A stretch of DNA of 64,000 nucleotides from NCBI GenBank assembly GCA_002633005.1, contig NMRA01000272.1, forward strand, positions 507,581 through 571,580, read 5' to 3'. Positions 54,001 through 62,717 of the stretch are shown here, one piece after another; the stretch's first letter is position 1; every line of letters starts with the position of its first letter. The stretch is from Phoronis australis (lineage: Eukaryota > Animalia > Phoronida). A program made the position numbers and the translations under genes. The notes under the pieces were generated by a model. That model was given only the letters and a program-made list of their open reading frames with translations. It had not been told where the DNA came from and made no database searches.

Positions 54001-57000
54001 TCTTTAAATGAAGCGGGCAGAGTGTCTTAAAAACGTGACAGTGATAACCGGCTGATTTCAACTGAGGTAAGGAACCGAAGAGTTTGACTTGTCTTCGCTG
54101 TAAGTGTTGATACGTGAAGGAGGTGGTATAGTGACAACAGCGAATATGCCACAGGACACTATAAACGTTTTTAAAAAGTCGCACTCCTGTTTACCGCAGC
54201 TTATGCACTCACCCCAGCACATAGGATCGGGTGGTATAGAACACTGGTAACCAACCCTAGAATTACAGTCAGTGCAGTCTCGTCCGCACACTCCTGCCTG
54301 GGAACATGTAATTTCGCAAGGAGAATCCGGCTTTACCTGTAAGAAAGTGTGATAATACTAAATTAAAATCATCAAAAGACCATCAATACTACTAGGTGCA
54401 ATGTTTTCTTTTGAAAATGATCGCTTCCATGCAAGCATGCTTCTGAAATTTCCTTCTCATGCTTGTCGTAGACTTTTCAAACGTTGCAAAATTAAGATAT
54501 GAGCTAACTTCCTTTCCAAAGCCAAATCTTCCAAAATGCTAGAACACACAAGAACTACCCAATCGGCGAAAGTATAAATTTTACGCAGTGAGAAAGTTTC
54601 GCTGGTCATGTTAATTAAACTACTGATTTTTAAAAACTGTCTTGTCACTTTTTAATTGGTACTAATCACGTGTTTCCCAGAAATTGCCTGAAGACATTAC
54701 ATCTAGACCTAATCGTATACATGCACAGATATGTGAGTCGGCACATGCATACCTACATGTATCTACTTACGTACATACACAAAACATACCAAGATTTCGT
54801 CTTTCATTTTGGGCAGCGTCTGAGAAAAGTGTCCGCTCGACTTCCATTGTTTCGAGCGGACGCTCATATGCGCATAAATTGCATGCCCACTGACCGCAAT
54901 AGGCATGTTTAGCCTAAGGCAATGATCTTTATCTAATTATGGTCTTGCGTACGGATTGCCTGCCATCGCGTATCTTGGATTTCATAGAATTTTCAGTCTG
55001 GGCATGAACGTGATTGAACTCTTCATAAAAAATAAAAATTTGCCCGTTTTTTAAGGGAAAATTTGACCCAGAATTAAAGGAAATATCCTCGTTTAAAGCA
55101 AACTTGAACAACATTTAACTGGGGATTCCTTTGTGTTGTGAATGGTTTATTACCTGATTCATGCAAATGAAATTTAGTAGTGTTCATAACATCTTTACCC
55201 ATCTAATATAACAGAATTTAGTTTTAACTAAGCGTTCTTAAACTCTGTTTCATTGTTATTGTGAGCTGCACCGAACAATGTTATTGCGCGGGCACAAATA
55301 GCGGTGTCCTAGGGCTCAGTCACATGGCATAACAATGTTCAGTCAAGGCGAGAAGGGTTTTTGTTTTGCTGCCGTCAAAATGTCGGAGAGCTAAAGCGTG
55401 GACTAAAACGAATAATAGGCTCCTACTTGAATCAGGGAGCTCGGGAGGGTTGTACACAAGTGTCTTTTGTTGGTTGGTCTGCTGAGTTTGATCGATTGGT
55501 GAGCAAAGACGAAGTTCTGTCACCGGCAGTTCCATTCAATAACAGCAACGAGTAGAACTTCAACCGAGGTGAGTCTCATTTTTATGAAAAGCTACAACAT
55601 CGTAGGTTCTTGTCTTGACTTCTACCCCTCTTCTCGAGTGCCGATCCAGACGCAGAGTGCCCGGGTGGCAGGTCCGTTAGTCCCTGGGTTTTCCATTTTG
55701 GAAGTCGTGGGTGGCGTTGCCTACATGTACGGCTGCGCGCAATTAACTGCTTAACTCGGGCTTACACAATTTATCTTTCATACCTTCAACCCTTCGTAGA
55801 ACCGTATAATATTGATAACGAGTACCTATGGTAGGATTCACGAAAGTAGGAAAATCGAGTATGTGGATGTGGTATATCAGGGAAGAATTCCGCTGTTGGT
55901 TCCCTCAGTTCTCTTTCATGCAAAATAGCTATCAAAGTTTTAAGGAAACTGTGATGCCTAAGGTTGTTGACAGAACTGCGTTATTGGAGATAACTTTCGG
56001 GTGGAATATTTCCCTGGAAAATTTCAGACAATTTTAACCTTGTTAGGAATGATTTCAACATTGGATTGATGGGGTGTTATTTCTTATTGTTGTAATTGAT
56101 TGAAATTCTTTCGCATCCAAGAGTTTTCGTGGTTGGGTATTTGTCATAGGTATAATTTTAAGGTCGCACCCGGCGTCATTGGCACATAAAAATTTTAATT
56201 GATGCTCTGGAGTTGCTTTTCTTGGGCCAACTGACACATTACATTTGTGTCGACTTTGCATGGTGTTCCCGTAGCTTCTCTTAGTTGATTTGAGGCCATG
56301 TAGGTCAATTGATCCAAGTGCATGTTTACTTAAAATGATCCATGTTATCATCTGCTTTCCGTGGACGATATCACTGGTCATCTACACTGAAATATAGAAT
56401 ATTTGGCCCTGCTCACGTCTTAGGCCCTCAGAATTGTTGTGCTTTCAAATTCTTTGCTGAACCCTACTATATACAAATCCATTTTAAAATTAATTTTCAT
56501 TCGTTTCAGCTGTTGTTTGTCTGAGTTTCAAGGCTTATAAGACACTGGATTTCCTTTGTCAGTGAACTAAAGGTTGAATGAAGATTGTCTGCAAACAACA
56601 TAATTATACAACACCTTACAATGCAATGCTCACAGGAGTGCCTATGCTTGAAAGGACCGGGTGTGTCTATGATAGCAATCTGAGGTTTAATCAGAAAGGA
56701 GAATGAAACTTGAACCAAGAGTGTTTTAGAGATAACAGACTGGTTGGAAACCAAGATTAGTGACTTGTTGGACACAGTGGGTCACTGAACTATTCAAAGC
56801 TTGATGGTCTGTCTATTCCAAATTAAATACGCACAGTAAATGTGAATATTGTTTAGTATAATTTATTACTTTTGACGCCTTTTCATTCTGACTTAACTCG
56901 GATCTGAGTGGAGCGTCGAAGTAAACTGCAAGTAACTAAACCGTTCATACCGCCTTAGGTAGTAAGCGGACTTCGAAATACACTGTAGGTAACATTGTTG

Positions 57001-60000
57001 CAAGTGATGCAGTATGATTAATGCACACACAATTATCCATGAAGAATTTAAATTGCCATGGATTTTTCACAAGTTATGGAGTTTTTTCATTTGTTTTAGC
57101 CTGATGAATGGGAAATTTGGGGTTATGATACAGTGAAAAGCACATTCGATGTAGAAGTTGCCAATTAGTGTTTGCTTAGAGTTTGTTTTCAAAAATTATT
57201 GCTTGTTATATTTTATGAAATTCATGAACTAGTGTTAAAGTTTAAAAAGATTTTTATGCCATACATCCTTTACACCTTGTTTTACATATGCTATGGAAAT
57301 TAGCCTTTATAACAAGTCTTTGCCCTTAGCTTGATATATCTTCTAAAACAAGTGCTTGCATGCTCACTGCTTTCATTTTCATGTTACAATATGTTAAAAG
57401 GTCATTATTTAATTCAATTAATATCTGTGTTACGGTCCTGGGAGTAATATGAACTATAGTCTTAGTACCGTCTTAATGTTTGTGTTCTGTATGTAATGTC
57501 CAATCCAGCATGTTCTGTTTTAGCCAGTCAAGAGCTTTGGCTTTGTAGCAACTGGTGGTATAAAAATGTTTTAAAACATACAAATGATTAATCTGTTGGT
57601 TATTTATTGGCACCATTTTTAGGGTGTTCCAATTTTTCAATGAACTTTTTAAGTCCTGAATTTTGTAATTTTTCTTTGCCAACTATAAATCTGCAAAAAA
57701 GTGGGGGTCACCCAAATAGTATTTCCATGTGTGTGTGAACAGAGGACAGAAATGCGAAAATAACATAGGTTACTGAAAAGCCAACTGTGGTCAAACCAAT
57801 GCTTGCAATCCTGAAAACAGTGTCATTTTGCGAAGTAATTTTTATTTTTTAATGGCTTTCAGTTCTAGTTCCTGGTATATTTCATGTAAGTCCATGTACC
57901 GTGAGATAATAAAACGGCTACAAATGTGTACCGCACAAATTAGCCGGCATTGTCATCGCATTGATTGATACGATGCATGGCTAAACAACTGAACACCTAA
58001 TACCGGTGGTTAGGTTTTAAGCCATTTATGTGTGGCAGTTGTGATGAGTGTCTGACCTTCTGATAATTGATTACTAAATGGTTGAAGTATTGGTGTGTAT
58101 GTTAGGTAAATAATGCAATATCATGTTTGTTAAATGGTGACAATTATTACTTTGTTTGGTGTGTTTGGCCAGTCTTTAATTATATGTTACAAAATGGGTA
58201 GTGGGGTTGTCTTCATCTGAAAGGATGGGATGTTCCTTACTCTTAATATACTATAGGGGTTCGGTTTTTATTTTTTATTTCCTGTGATATTTAGTCTTTT
58301 AATTAACATTATTGCACTGGATGTTGTTAGATTGAGAATCATGGGAAAACTTGCAGCGGTTGTCATGCGATTGGTTTGTAAAATATACTTCGTTTTTAGA
58401 GGATGACTGATGAGCACACGTTGCTGTTGATGAACAATAGTTTGCAGATTACACTGTACTGTGTTTATTTAGAGTTATCTGTGCATCTGGATTGACGGTC
58501 CGGTAAAAAGGGATTAGTGGCTATGAATAAATGTGGTTTTGCTGTTAGACATCATAAACTAATGTTTTTACTTGTGTCGGAGATGAACTGGTTGGTTTTT
58601 TTACTACACTTAAAGAAGTTTCCATGTTTCTCATTTCCTTTTGAATACTGGTGAACATGGGTTTAGAAGTTTATGCCTATGCGATGTGTCACGTGATGAA
58701 TCCTCAGAACTTTTTTATTGACGCTCATTTATGATGATGACAGGTAGCTAGCCTAAGCCATTTCCTAAACTTTGTCACTTGAACATTTGCTGTATGCACG
58801 ATCAGTAAGTTTTTCGCATGTACGAAAGACCATATAAGACAGAGGGTTGAACAACCCTGAAATTCAGCTTGTTGCTCATAAATACTGCTATGCTTATAAT
58901 GGAAGCCAGGGTTAAAGTAGAAACCAGCAGTTCATATATCATAAACAAACTATCTTTGTGGTTTAATTATGGTTGTACTCTATTGCTCGTGGTTTTTATT
59001 TCTCGATATTCCTTTCCTATTATATCCATGTTTTTCTCACTCTGTATCTTTTATACTGCAGCAGTATTGTTGCTAGATAGTGCATAGTATTTATTTAACA
59101 TATTTTTGTAGTAAGTTATGGACATAATCTTTTTTGAAATCTGGGGAAGACTGTCGGCGCAAGAACTGACTATGGGCTCCACCTGTGCCTATGTGCCTCC
59201 CAACAGTCAATGACCAAACTACAGAGGATTCAAAAACAGGCCATGAGGATAGTAACCACTGCATCTAGACCCACTCCGGTAGACAGTCTCCAATGCTGGT
59301 TAGGTATCAATAGCATCCGTACTTAACAGAAGACACTAGCAGCCCAAGCATTTCTAAAGGCAGCTACAACCAACTCTCATCCTCTGTACCAGGACTTGAG
59401 AGAGCATAGTGATGCGCACACTGCACAGAGGCAGAAAACTGTTCAATCACGGGTTATCGAAGCTAGGGAGCTTGTCGAAGAGGTATGTCCAGTGGAGAAC
59501 ATCAACAGCATAGAGTGCTCCAAAGCAACAAACTTTGTCATCAACACCATGGAGATTGGAGGCCGTCATTGGCGGGAAAGAGCTGAATGTATCAACCAAG
59601 AAACTGTATCGGAATGGCTTGAAGAACAATCTCCCACAATCATTGTTGCAACGGACGGCTCACTAAGAGGTGACACTACGGCTTGGGCAGCAGTTGCTTG
59701 GACTCGCGAGGGTCAACGCCTCTTCAAATGGTCAACATCACGGGTTGGAAAATCCTCGTCTTTTAGAGCTGAATGTGGAGCATATGAAGACGCCCTTGTC
59801 TGGCTCTCACAGAACACAACACCTGCAGACAGATCATTTCTACTTACAGACTCCCTCAGCCTCATTAGCAGGCTAAAAACTGGTCGTGTGAAAGATCCCT
59901 GGATCCCTCTGTTCAGCTCTATTAATGGTCTCTTCACCAGTGCTTATATACCAGGACACTGTGGCATCTCATTCAACGTCAAGGCGGATGAGCTTGCAGG

Positions 60001-62717
60001 CATCGCAGAACCGATTGCTAACCTGCTCCACACACCAGCAGATGTAATCTCCAGAGTGCGTGAATCGCTAATTACAGATGCCGAGATTGTGCAACAGCAG
60101 GAGAGATGGGCAACAAAGCGCCTCATAGAGCGAGGATGGCAATACGGAGATTCAGCAAAAACTCGTATCAGGGGAAAACATCGAAGAGTGTGTAACCAGC
60201 ACAAACTTGGTTGCATCTCCAAATTTGAGGAAGGAGGAGGGCCAGAGACTATCCCGGTGCTTACCCTCTGACGTCACCACAGAAACCAGAAACCAGAAAC
60301 AGTATAATAGCCTGCACGGTAGGCACATAAGCAACGCCTCTAAGCCTCTCATTTGCGGTATTCATTTGCTTAATTTTCGAGCATCGGTTTCTCTTGCATT
60401 GCAAAATTTAAAGCTCACGGATTTTGCTAGGGGTAAGAGATATGTTAATGTATTGAACATTTTGAAGCAGTAAGCATGGTCCATTTGTGTTAGGAGTAAA
60501 ATTACCAATGACAAGAATTATCACGTCTCTTATAAAGCGGCATGCGGAACGGGTATTTTTAAATAATATTACAGCGAAATCTAAAGGTTTTTATGACGGA
60601 GGTGTTGAAAGTATTTTTAAATAACATCCTACTTTCTCAGGACTAAATTGCTAAAATGTTGTAACTAATCATACCACTAGACTTTGAAGGAAACAATGAT
60701 ATTTTCCAAACTGGCAATGCTTGGGTTGAATCGTGCTTGTTGTTACAACTGTCACAACAGTATGAATGAGCCTTTATTGAGGGCTCTATATCAATCGTAA
60801 ATTGTTGTGTTTACATCAAAGCTTCAAAAGACTTAAGTGAAAATGATAGATTGTCAAAATACTGATGTAATTTGATTTGCTGGCTTTGGTTTGAAAGTAG
60901 TTCCCTGCTTGGAGCAATGGTCATCATCCTGCATAGCAGGCCTCACTGGCTAATGCACCATGAACAATCAATTAGATTGGTTCAGCTGATAAAGACTTAA
61001 TGAGTCCCCAAGAGTCTTCTCACACCAGGCCCGAAATGTATAGTAATTTTCATTTATTGATTTATGATGACATATAGACAGCCAAAAATGGCCTTTCAAT
61101 TTGTTGTTTGAAATCGTGGTTTTGTTTGTTTCATTTTCGTCTGATACCAGTTACCAAAAATATTGGAAAGCTGCAGATTTTACAGTTCTGTGGTGACCTT
61201 GGACGCATAATTTCCTCACTGAAAATTTAATTTATACACTGGCAGTCACAAAAATGTAAAACGAATTATGATTCAAAGTTTAAAGCAATGTTTAGGTGAA
61301 AGGAAATGGTTGGATTATACAGACACTATGGGTGTAAGAAATCTTAACACCTTTCAATTCGTGCCTATAACGGAGAAAATGTAAACGTCAAAGCAGTGTA
61401 AGGTATTTTATACTACATTAGAGGTGAATGTATTGCTGTATTGTGACTCCTCTCCACAGGTCATTCATTTGATACTCCATATGCCAACTACTTACAATTT
61501 TACTCGTACATGTACTTCCTAAATGCGATGGAAAGTATATGTGGAAATATCAAGGCTAAGTTCCGTAGACGCAGGAATCTCTCAAAGGAAGCTAATGAGA
61601 TCACATGCTTTGTTTGTAATCCATGGCGATATCCCGAGATATCTTGCGTGATGTTGTATTTTCACCAGGTTCTCTTGTCTACGGAACGCACTCTGAAAAG
61701 CATTCCATGGACCCAGCTTCTTGTAAGACCTTACAACATCATGCAAGTGAACGGTGGGTGTTTTTATGCTGAGAAGAGCTTGTATCTGACAACGCACACA
61801 ACACTACATTTGCCGCATTCGTTCAACTTTGAAAAATTCTGTGGACAGAACAAAACGTTGCTTGCCATTTCATACAAAGAACGCTACACATGACCACAGA
61901 AACTTTATTCTCTTTCATATTTTAACCCTTTCACCAATATAGAAACCAGGCCCAAAAGGGACAAAATGTGTTTTCAAAAACGCAAAAGTTTCACCTCAAA
62001 GGCAATGCTCAATACAGCCATTACTAGATTCTGAAAGCAGATTTACTACAGAATTTACAAGTGTAGCCCTAAAATACTGACAGCCAATCATTTTTTTACT
62101 AATCTGGACTATTTGAGGAACACCTGATTGCACAGTATCTTCATTGCAATATTACACTGCTAGATAGAAACGCTTTCCTGAAGAATAGGCACTCAACAGT
62201 CTCTAGGTTCTCAACTCAAACATCTAAATATAGTTTCGGGTCTTTGATGCAAAACAATTTTAAAACCTAAGGAAAAGTATAAATGTTAGAAACAATGTAT
62301 GTTACATGTATCTTTGTGCCAACGTAGGAATGACCACATTTCTTTAAAGTATTTGAAAGAAATACCTACATCCCACGTCGGTTTTGAGAGGACGATGCCA
62401 CGCTGTCCGTTCCAATGTCCCTCCTGCTTAGATAAATCCACTAGGGTGCTGTAGTTTACTTTGTCGAAGAGAAAACAAGTTTCTGTCGCGTCATTCTGAA
62501 ATGCAGAGATACAACGCCTGTTTTTGTTGCATATAATAGCACATTCTATTTCACTTCTTGCATTACTCAGTTTGAGCGGGTCTCTTGGCGGCATTAATGA
62601 ACTGACGCGCGTTGCATCGCGCGTACTTGAAAAATTACTGCAAACTAATACTTCGATAGGAAACGCGATTTTGACGAAGTAAAGCGCAAGAATCAACAAA
62701 ACTTCCGGACTCATCAT
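11874..62717 (-). CDS. Assembled 11-exon gene, 627 aa: signal peptide + PAN/apple + Cys-rich module + three tandem CTHRC1-like C-terminal domains, no collagen segment
   Basis: join complement(62370-62717, 54195-54336, 36270-36379, 35557-35761, 31775-31942, 28667-28761, 26585-26798, 23365-23523, 23127-23227, 12519-12723, 11874-12010). All introns GT-AG, phases 0,1,0,1,1,0,1,1,0,1. Total 1884 nt with no internal stop. Exons 3-11 are strongly supported; the links from exon 1 to 2 and 2 to 3 rest on phase and strand only. Confidence 0.7.
12519..12723 (-). CDS. Exon 10: CTHRC1-like repeat 3, part B
   Basis: tttacag|...|gtaagt. Reads EVTYNKLSSRSALKVRWMSTLRVYRRPDATGTHCFWYFTFNNTECSTPGPIRAIIYQSHDHDLHQPAV, close to ECTFTKMRSNSALRV...[21 protein letters not shown]. 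Confidence 0.92.
13393..16237. mobile_element. Non-autonomous DNA transposon with ~170 bp internally repetitive TIRs, TG...CA ends and a near-perfect 6 bp TSD
   Basis: 13393-13562 is an imperfect inverted copy of about 16088-16237. Both ends start TGATACG and contain repeated TGTTACATTTTAYG. Flanks are gtgcta and gtgctt. Confidence 0.75.
15615..15725. repeat. Degenerate (ATA/ACG/GTA)n trinucleotide repeat
   Basis: taataacgataacg...agtagtaatagcagtaatagtagtaatag, read directly. Confidence 0.7.
16580..18130 (+). mobile_element. Decayed CR1/L2-group LINE ORF2 (RT and C-terminal zinc finger), antisense in intron 9
   Basis: Across frameshifts: LNNRILGFCEQNNILVDEQNGFR, FVDIEKAF, GVRQGDILSP, LLHADD, WCKKWRMVVNMAKT, YKYLGC, PILDYGSSVWG and HLETGRY...RLCFCC...EDELHFAFDC. 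Confidence 0.9.
18772..19469. repeat. Pair of 130 bp near-identical direct repeats (18772-18901 and 19340-19469) flanking a 438 bp spacer
   Basis: ccatcttgcagagtcttag...gattacgataaat occurs twice; I see two substitutions between the copies. Confidence 0.85.
20579..20709. repeat. Mixed (TGC/TGG/TAC)n trinucleotide microsatellite
   Basis: ctactactgctggtggtgctgctgctggtggtgctgct..., read directly. Confidence 0.9.
20855..21215 (+). pseudogene. Possible pogo/Tigger transposase acidic C-terminal remnant
   Basis: AEILRNLL, then a D/N-rich tract, a frameshift, and ESDIDEYDKTDSKADALATIKMLQVF. This resembles the EAL..L..L..F tail of Tigger-type transposases. Weak. Confidence 0.3.
21300..22400 (-). mobile_element. 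Decayed CR1-type LINE reverse transcriptase
   Basis: YYRPITVL, FLLDLDSAFESVPRDLL, SYLLNR, and AGVPKGSALGSLLFLIFNNDLPDSL...FLYTDDTSI (the YADD equivalent). Boundaries are approximate. Confidence 0.8.
23127..23227 (-). CDS. Exon 9: linker and CTHRC1-like repeat 3, part A
   Basis: ttttgcttttag|...|gtaagc. Reads (Y)VRPDGTSIRVPQFNLAHHYWYALNDDKNDGVIK, aligning with [21 protein letters not shown]. Phase 1 in, phase 0 out. Confidence 0.88.
23365..23523 (-). CDS. Exon 8: CTHRC1-like repeat 2, part C
   Basis: tatttcag|...|gtaagt. Reads (I)GGICYGIPAGNVKIQLWHQTCSGYSSYRPYQGWNGYSRIIVEEVRLNSKISA; GWNxxSRIIxEE is the CTHRC1 C-terminal signature. Confidence 0.93.
24912..25845. mobile_element. GC-rich MITE-like composite with an assembly gap (N run 24955-25050)
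   Basis: Left end cataggcggattta and right end tagatccgccactg are imperfect inverted termini; G/C runs inside. Confidence 0.5.
25535..25605 (+). repeat. tRNA-derived (SINE-head-like) fragment
   Basis: A-box-like tagtgtagtgg and B-box-like gagttcgagtc at tRNA spacing. The acceptor and anticodon stems do not pair well. Confidence 0.45.
26388..26458. mobile_element. 71 bp MITE
   Basis: Inverted ends catgggcggcgca and tgcgccgcctg. Flanks aaggtaa and agggtaa resemble a decayed TSD. Confidence 0.55.
26585..26798 (-). CDS. Exon 7: CTHRC1-like repeat 2, part B
   Basis: tatatttag|...|gtaaga. Reads VITFPKRISSTGLRVVWRGQLQEHPTSGTHRCGRYYFKFNDVECSNPGKVDAVLGQLDYSDDKGNQLRDAP. Confidence 0.92.
28667..28761 (-). 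CDS. Exon 6: linker and CTHRC1-like repeat 2, part A
   Basis: cttttttttaatag|...|gtaagt. Reads (E)KTTCSALTSFNVKQAFWRTEAAVSNAGVGFA, with an NxKQxxW motif. Phase 1 in, phase 0 out. Confidence 0.85.
30450..31030 (-). mobile_element. 3' remnant of a CR1/L2-group LINE
   Basis: NSWASE, VKKILFGYGFGDVWY, KQRFVD...W, RQLTKFRCSNHMFVIE and EGEVHFLLECAMY across frameshifts. Same C-terminal motif set as the 16.6-18.1 kb element. Confidence 0.7.
31775..31942 (-). CDS. Exon 5: CTHRC1-like repeat 1, part C
   Basis: ttttttctattttag|...|gtgagg. Reads (V)DGICKGLAAGDVTIDVYVRNCDGYTGKSAYNSQTVFASNTYARLMVREVDMSTRL. Confidence 0.92.
   Translation of the reverse strand: MTVYAKDWRPVTSLLMSTYVTVMVIREKVLIIHRLCSRQTPTRGLWFEKWICLRD
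32071..33711 (-). mobile_element. Kolobok-like non-autonomous DNA transposon with a THAP remnant
   Basis: TTAA on both sides (32067-70 and 33712-15). Purine-starting short TIRs AAGGGAACTGTATT and AAGGGGACTATAGT (11/14 match). Minus-strand MPFCMAPGCSNSSKK...IAYHR from about 33417 is a THAP N-terminus. Confidence 0.65.
34665..34956. mobile_element. PIF/Harbinger-type MITE
   Basis: TIRs gggtatgtttcatgaaa and gggtctgtttcttgaaa, with a 3 bp CAG duplication at 34662-64 and 34957-59. Confidence 0.75.
35557..35761 (-). CDS. Exon 4: CTHRC1-like repeat 1, part B
   Basis: atcttccag|...|gtaaag. Reads TRVYPKKSSTSGLHVTLLTDFRGAKGCSSACCGTLYFKFNGTKCPASDVIDIVHYEDNVALNYIKVEE, retaining CxxACC...YFxFNG..C. Confidence 0.92.
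36270..36379 (-). CDS. Exon 3: linker and CTHRC1-like repeat 1, part A
   Basis: attattttcag|...|gtacgt. Reads (A)EEDDCSEELMGNIRQFYIGKTNQVWTTDRATEHKLQ, with C-x6-N-x-R/K-Q spacing identical to exon 6. Phase 1 in, phase 0 out. Confidence 0.82.
36959..41997 (+). mobile_element. Internally deleted Sola3-like DNA transposon (~5 kb) with TTAA TSD
   Basis: TTAA at 36955-58 and 41998-42001. Inverted ends GTA..AGTCCACG...AGCGGCAAGGTGGGGG(G)TCAGCC. Coding relics TCPNHRY...EHPLH (about 38025-38100) and ISKGWVWKS...PEDMSKRICSLRNESGEKVFAKDYWLIPQQVQS (about 38680-38890). The superfamily call is from remembered motifs. Confidence 0.65.
42183..43090 (-). mobile_element. Academ-like transposon 3' remnant with Cys8/CXC zinc finger
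   Basis: PSLIDHSWLLGGGAL, a frameshift, then YKCKKNMCAGKLSLCSNAGSNCTEVCSCDNCSN. Candidate TAG-starting terminus tagagtgttttcaaaa at 42183. Confidence 0.5.
43900..47038 (-). mobile_element. Decayed Sola3-like DNA transposon with DDE-core and C2H2 relics
   Basis: SGNAGCYHS...RYDFSESQNGKDLCDRKIAPLKQH (45460-45903) and FPCTQQGYSNFF...LGRHLDVGNH. The terminus reads ttaa|GAGGCAGTCC on the minus strand (47038). 43920-44050 is a diverged inverted copy of about 46530-46680, consistent with a long TIR. Confidence 0.7.
50150..50778. repeat. Degenerate tandem array (about three units of 150-180 bp) with an internal hairpin
   Basis: aagtgaagcac...gtgtca...gaagctgagg recurs at about 50252, 50409 and 50589. 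Inverted pair tcagaagctgagggcgtgtg and cacaggcgtcctcagcctctga at 50484-50534. Confidence 0.65.
54195..54336 (-). CDS. Exon 2: Cys-rich module (9 Cys in 47 aa)
   Basis: actttcttacag|...|gtaaac. Reads VKPDSPCEITCSQAGVCGRDCTDCNSRVGYQCSIPPDPMCWGECISC. GC-richer than its flanks. Phase 0 in, phase 1 out, matching exon 1 and exon 3. Confidence 0.75.
59145..60300 (+). mobile_element. 5'-truncated I-group (I/Ingi/Nimb-like) LINE with RNase H domain and (CAGAAAC)3 tail
   Basis: DYGLHL...KLQRIQKQAMRIVT, one stop, then RNase H motifs ATDGS, SSFRAEC, LTDSLS and YIPGHCGISFNVKADELA. Stop at 60271, then cagaaac three times at 60280-60300. Confidence 0.85.
62370..62717 (-). CDS. Exon 1: signal peptide and PAN/apple domain
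   Basis: Hydrophobic leader MMSPEVLLILALYFVKIAFP. SEIECAIICNKNRRCISAFQNDATETCFLFD is the PAN core C-x3-C-x5-C-x11-C-x-L. Donor gat|gtaggt (phase 0); an alternative phase-1 donor g|gtattt lies 4 nt further on. Confidence 0.85.

Noticed and set aside
56506-56775. IIDTPG GTPase G3-like motif in an ORF
   Set aside because: No P-loop or G4 motif nearby and no exon structure. Probably chance.
57400-58700. Possible Gypsy or LINE relic on the minus strand
   Set aside because: Strand-biased composition and faint motifs only; too degraded to support a call.
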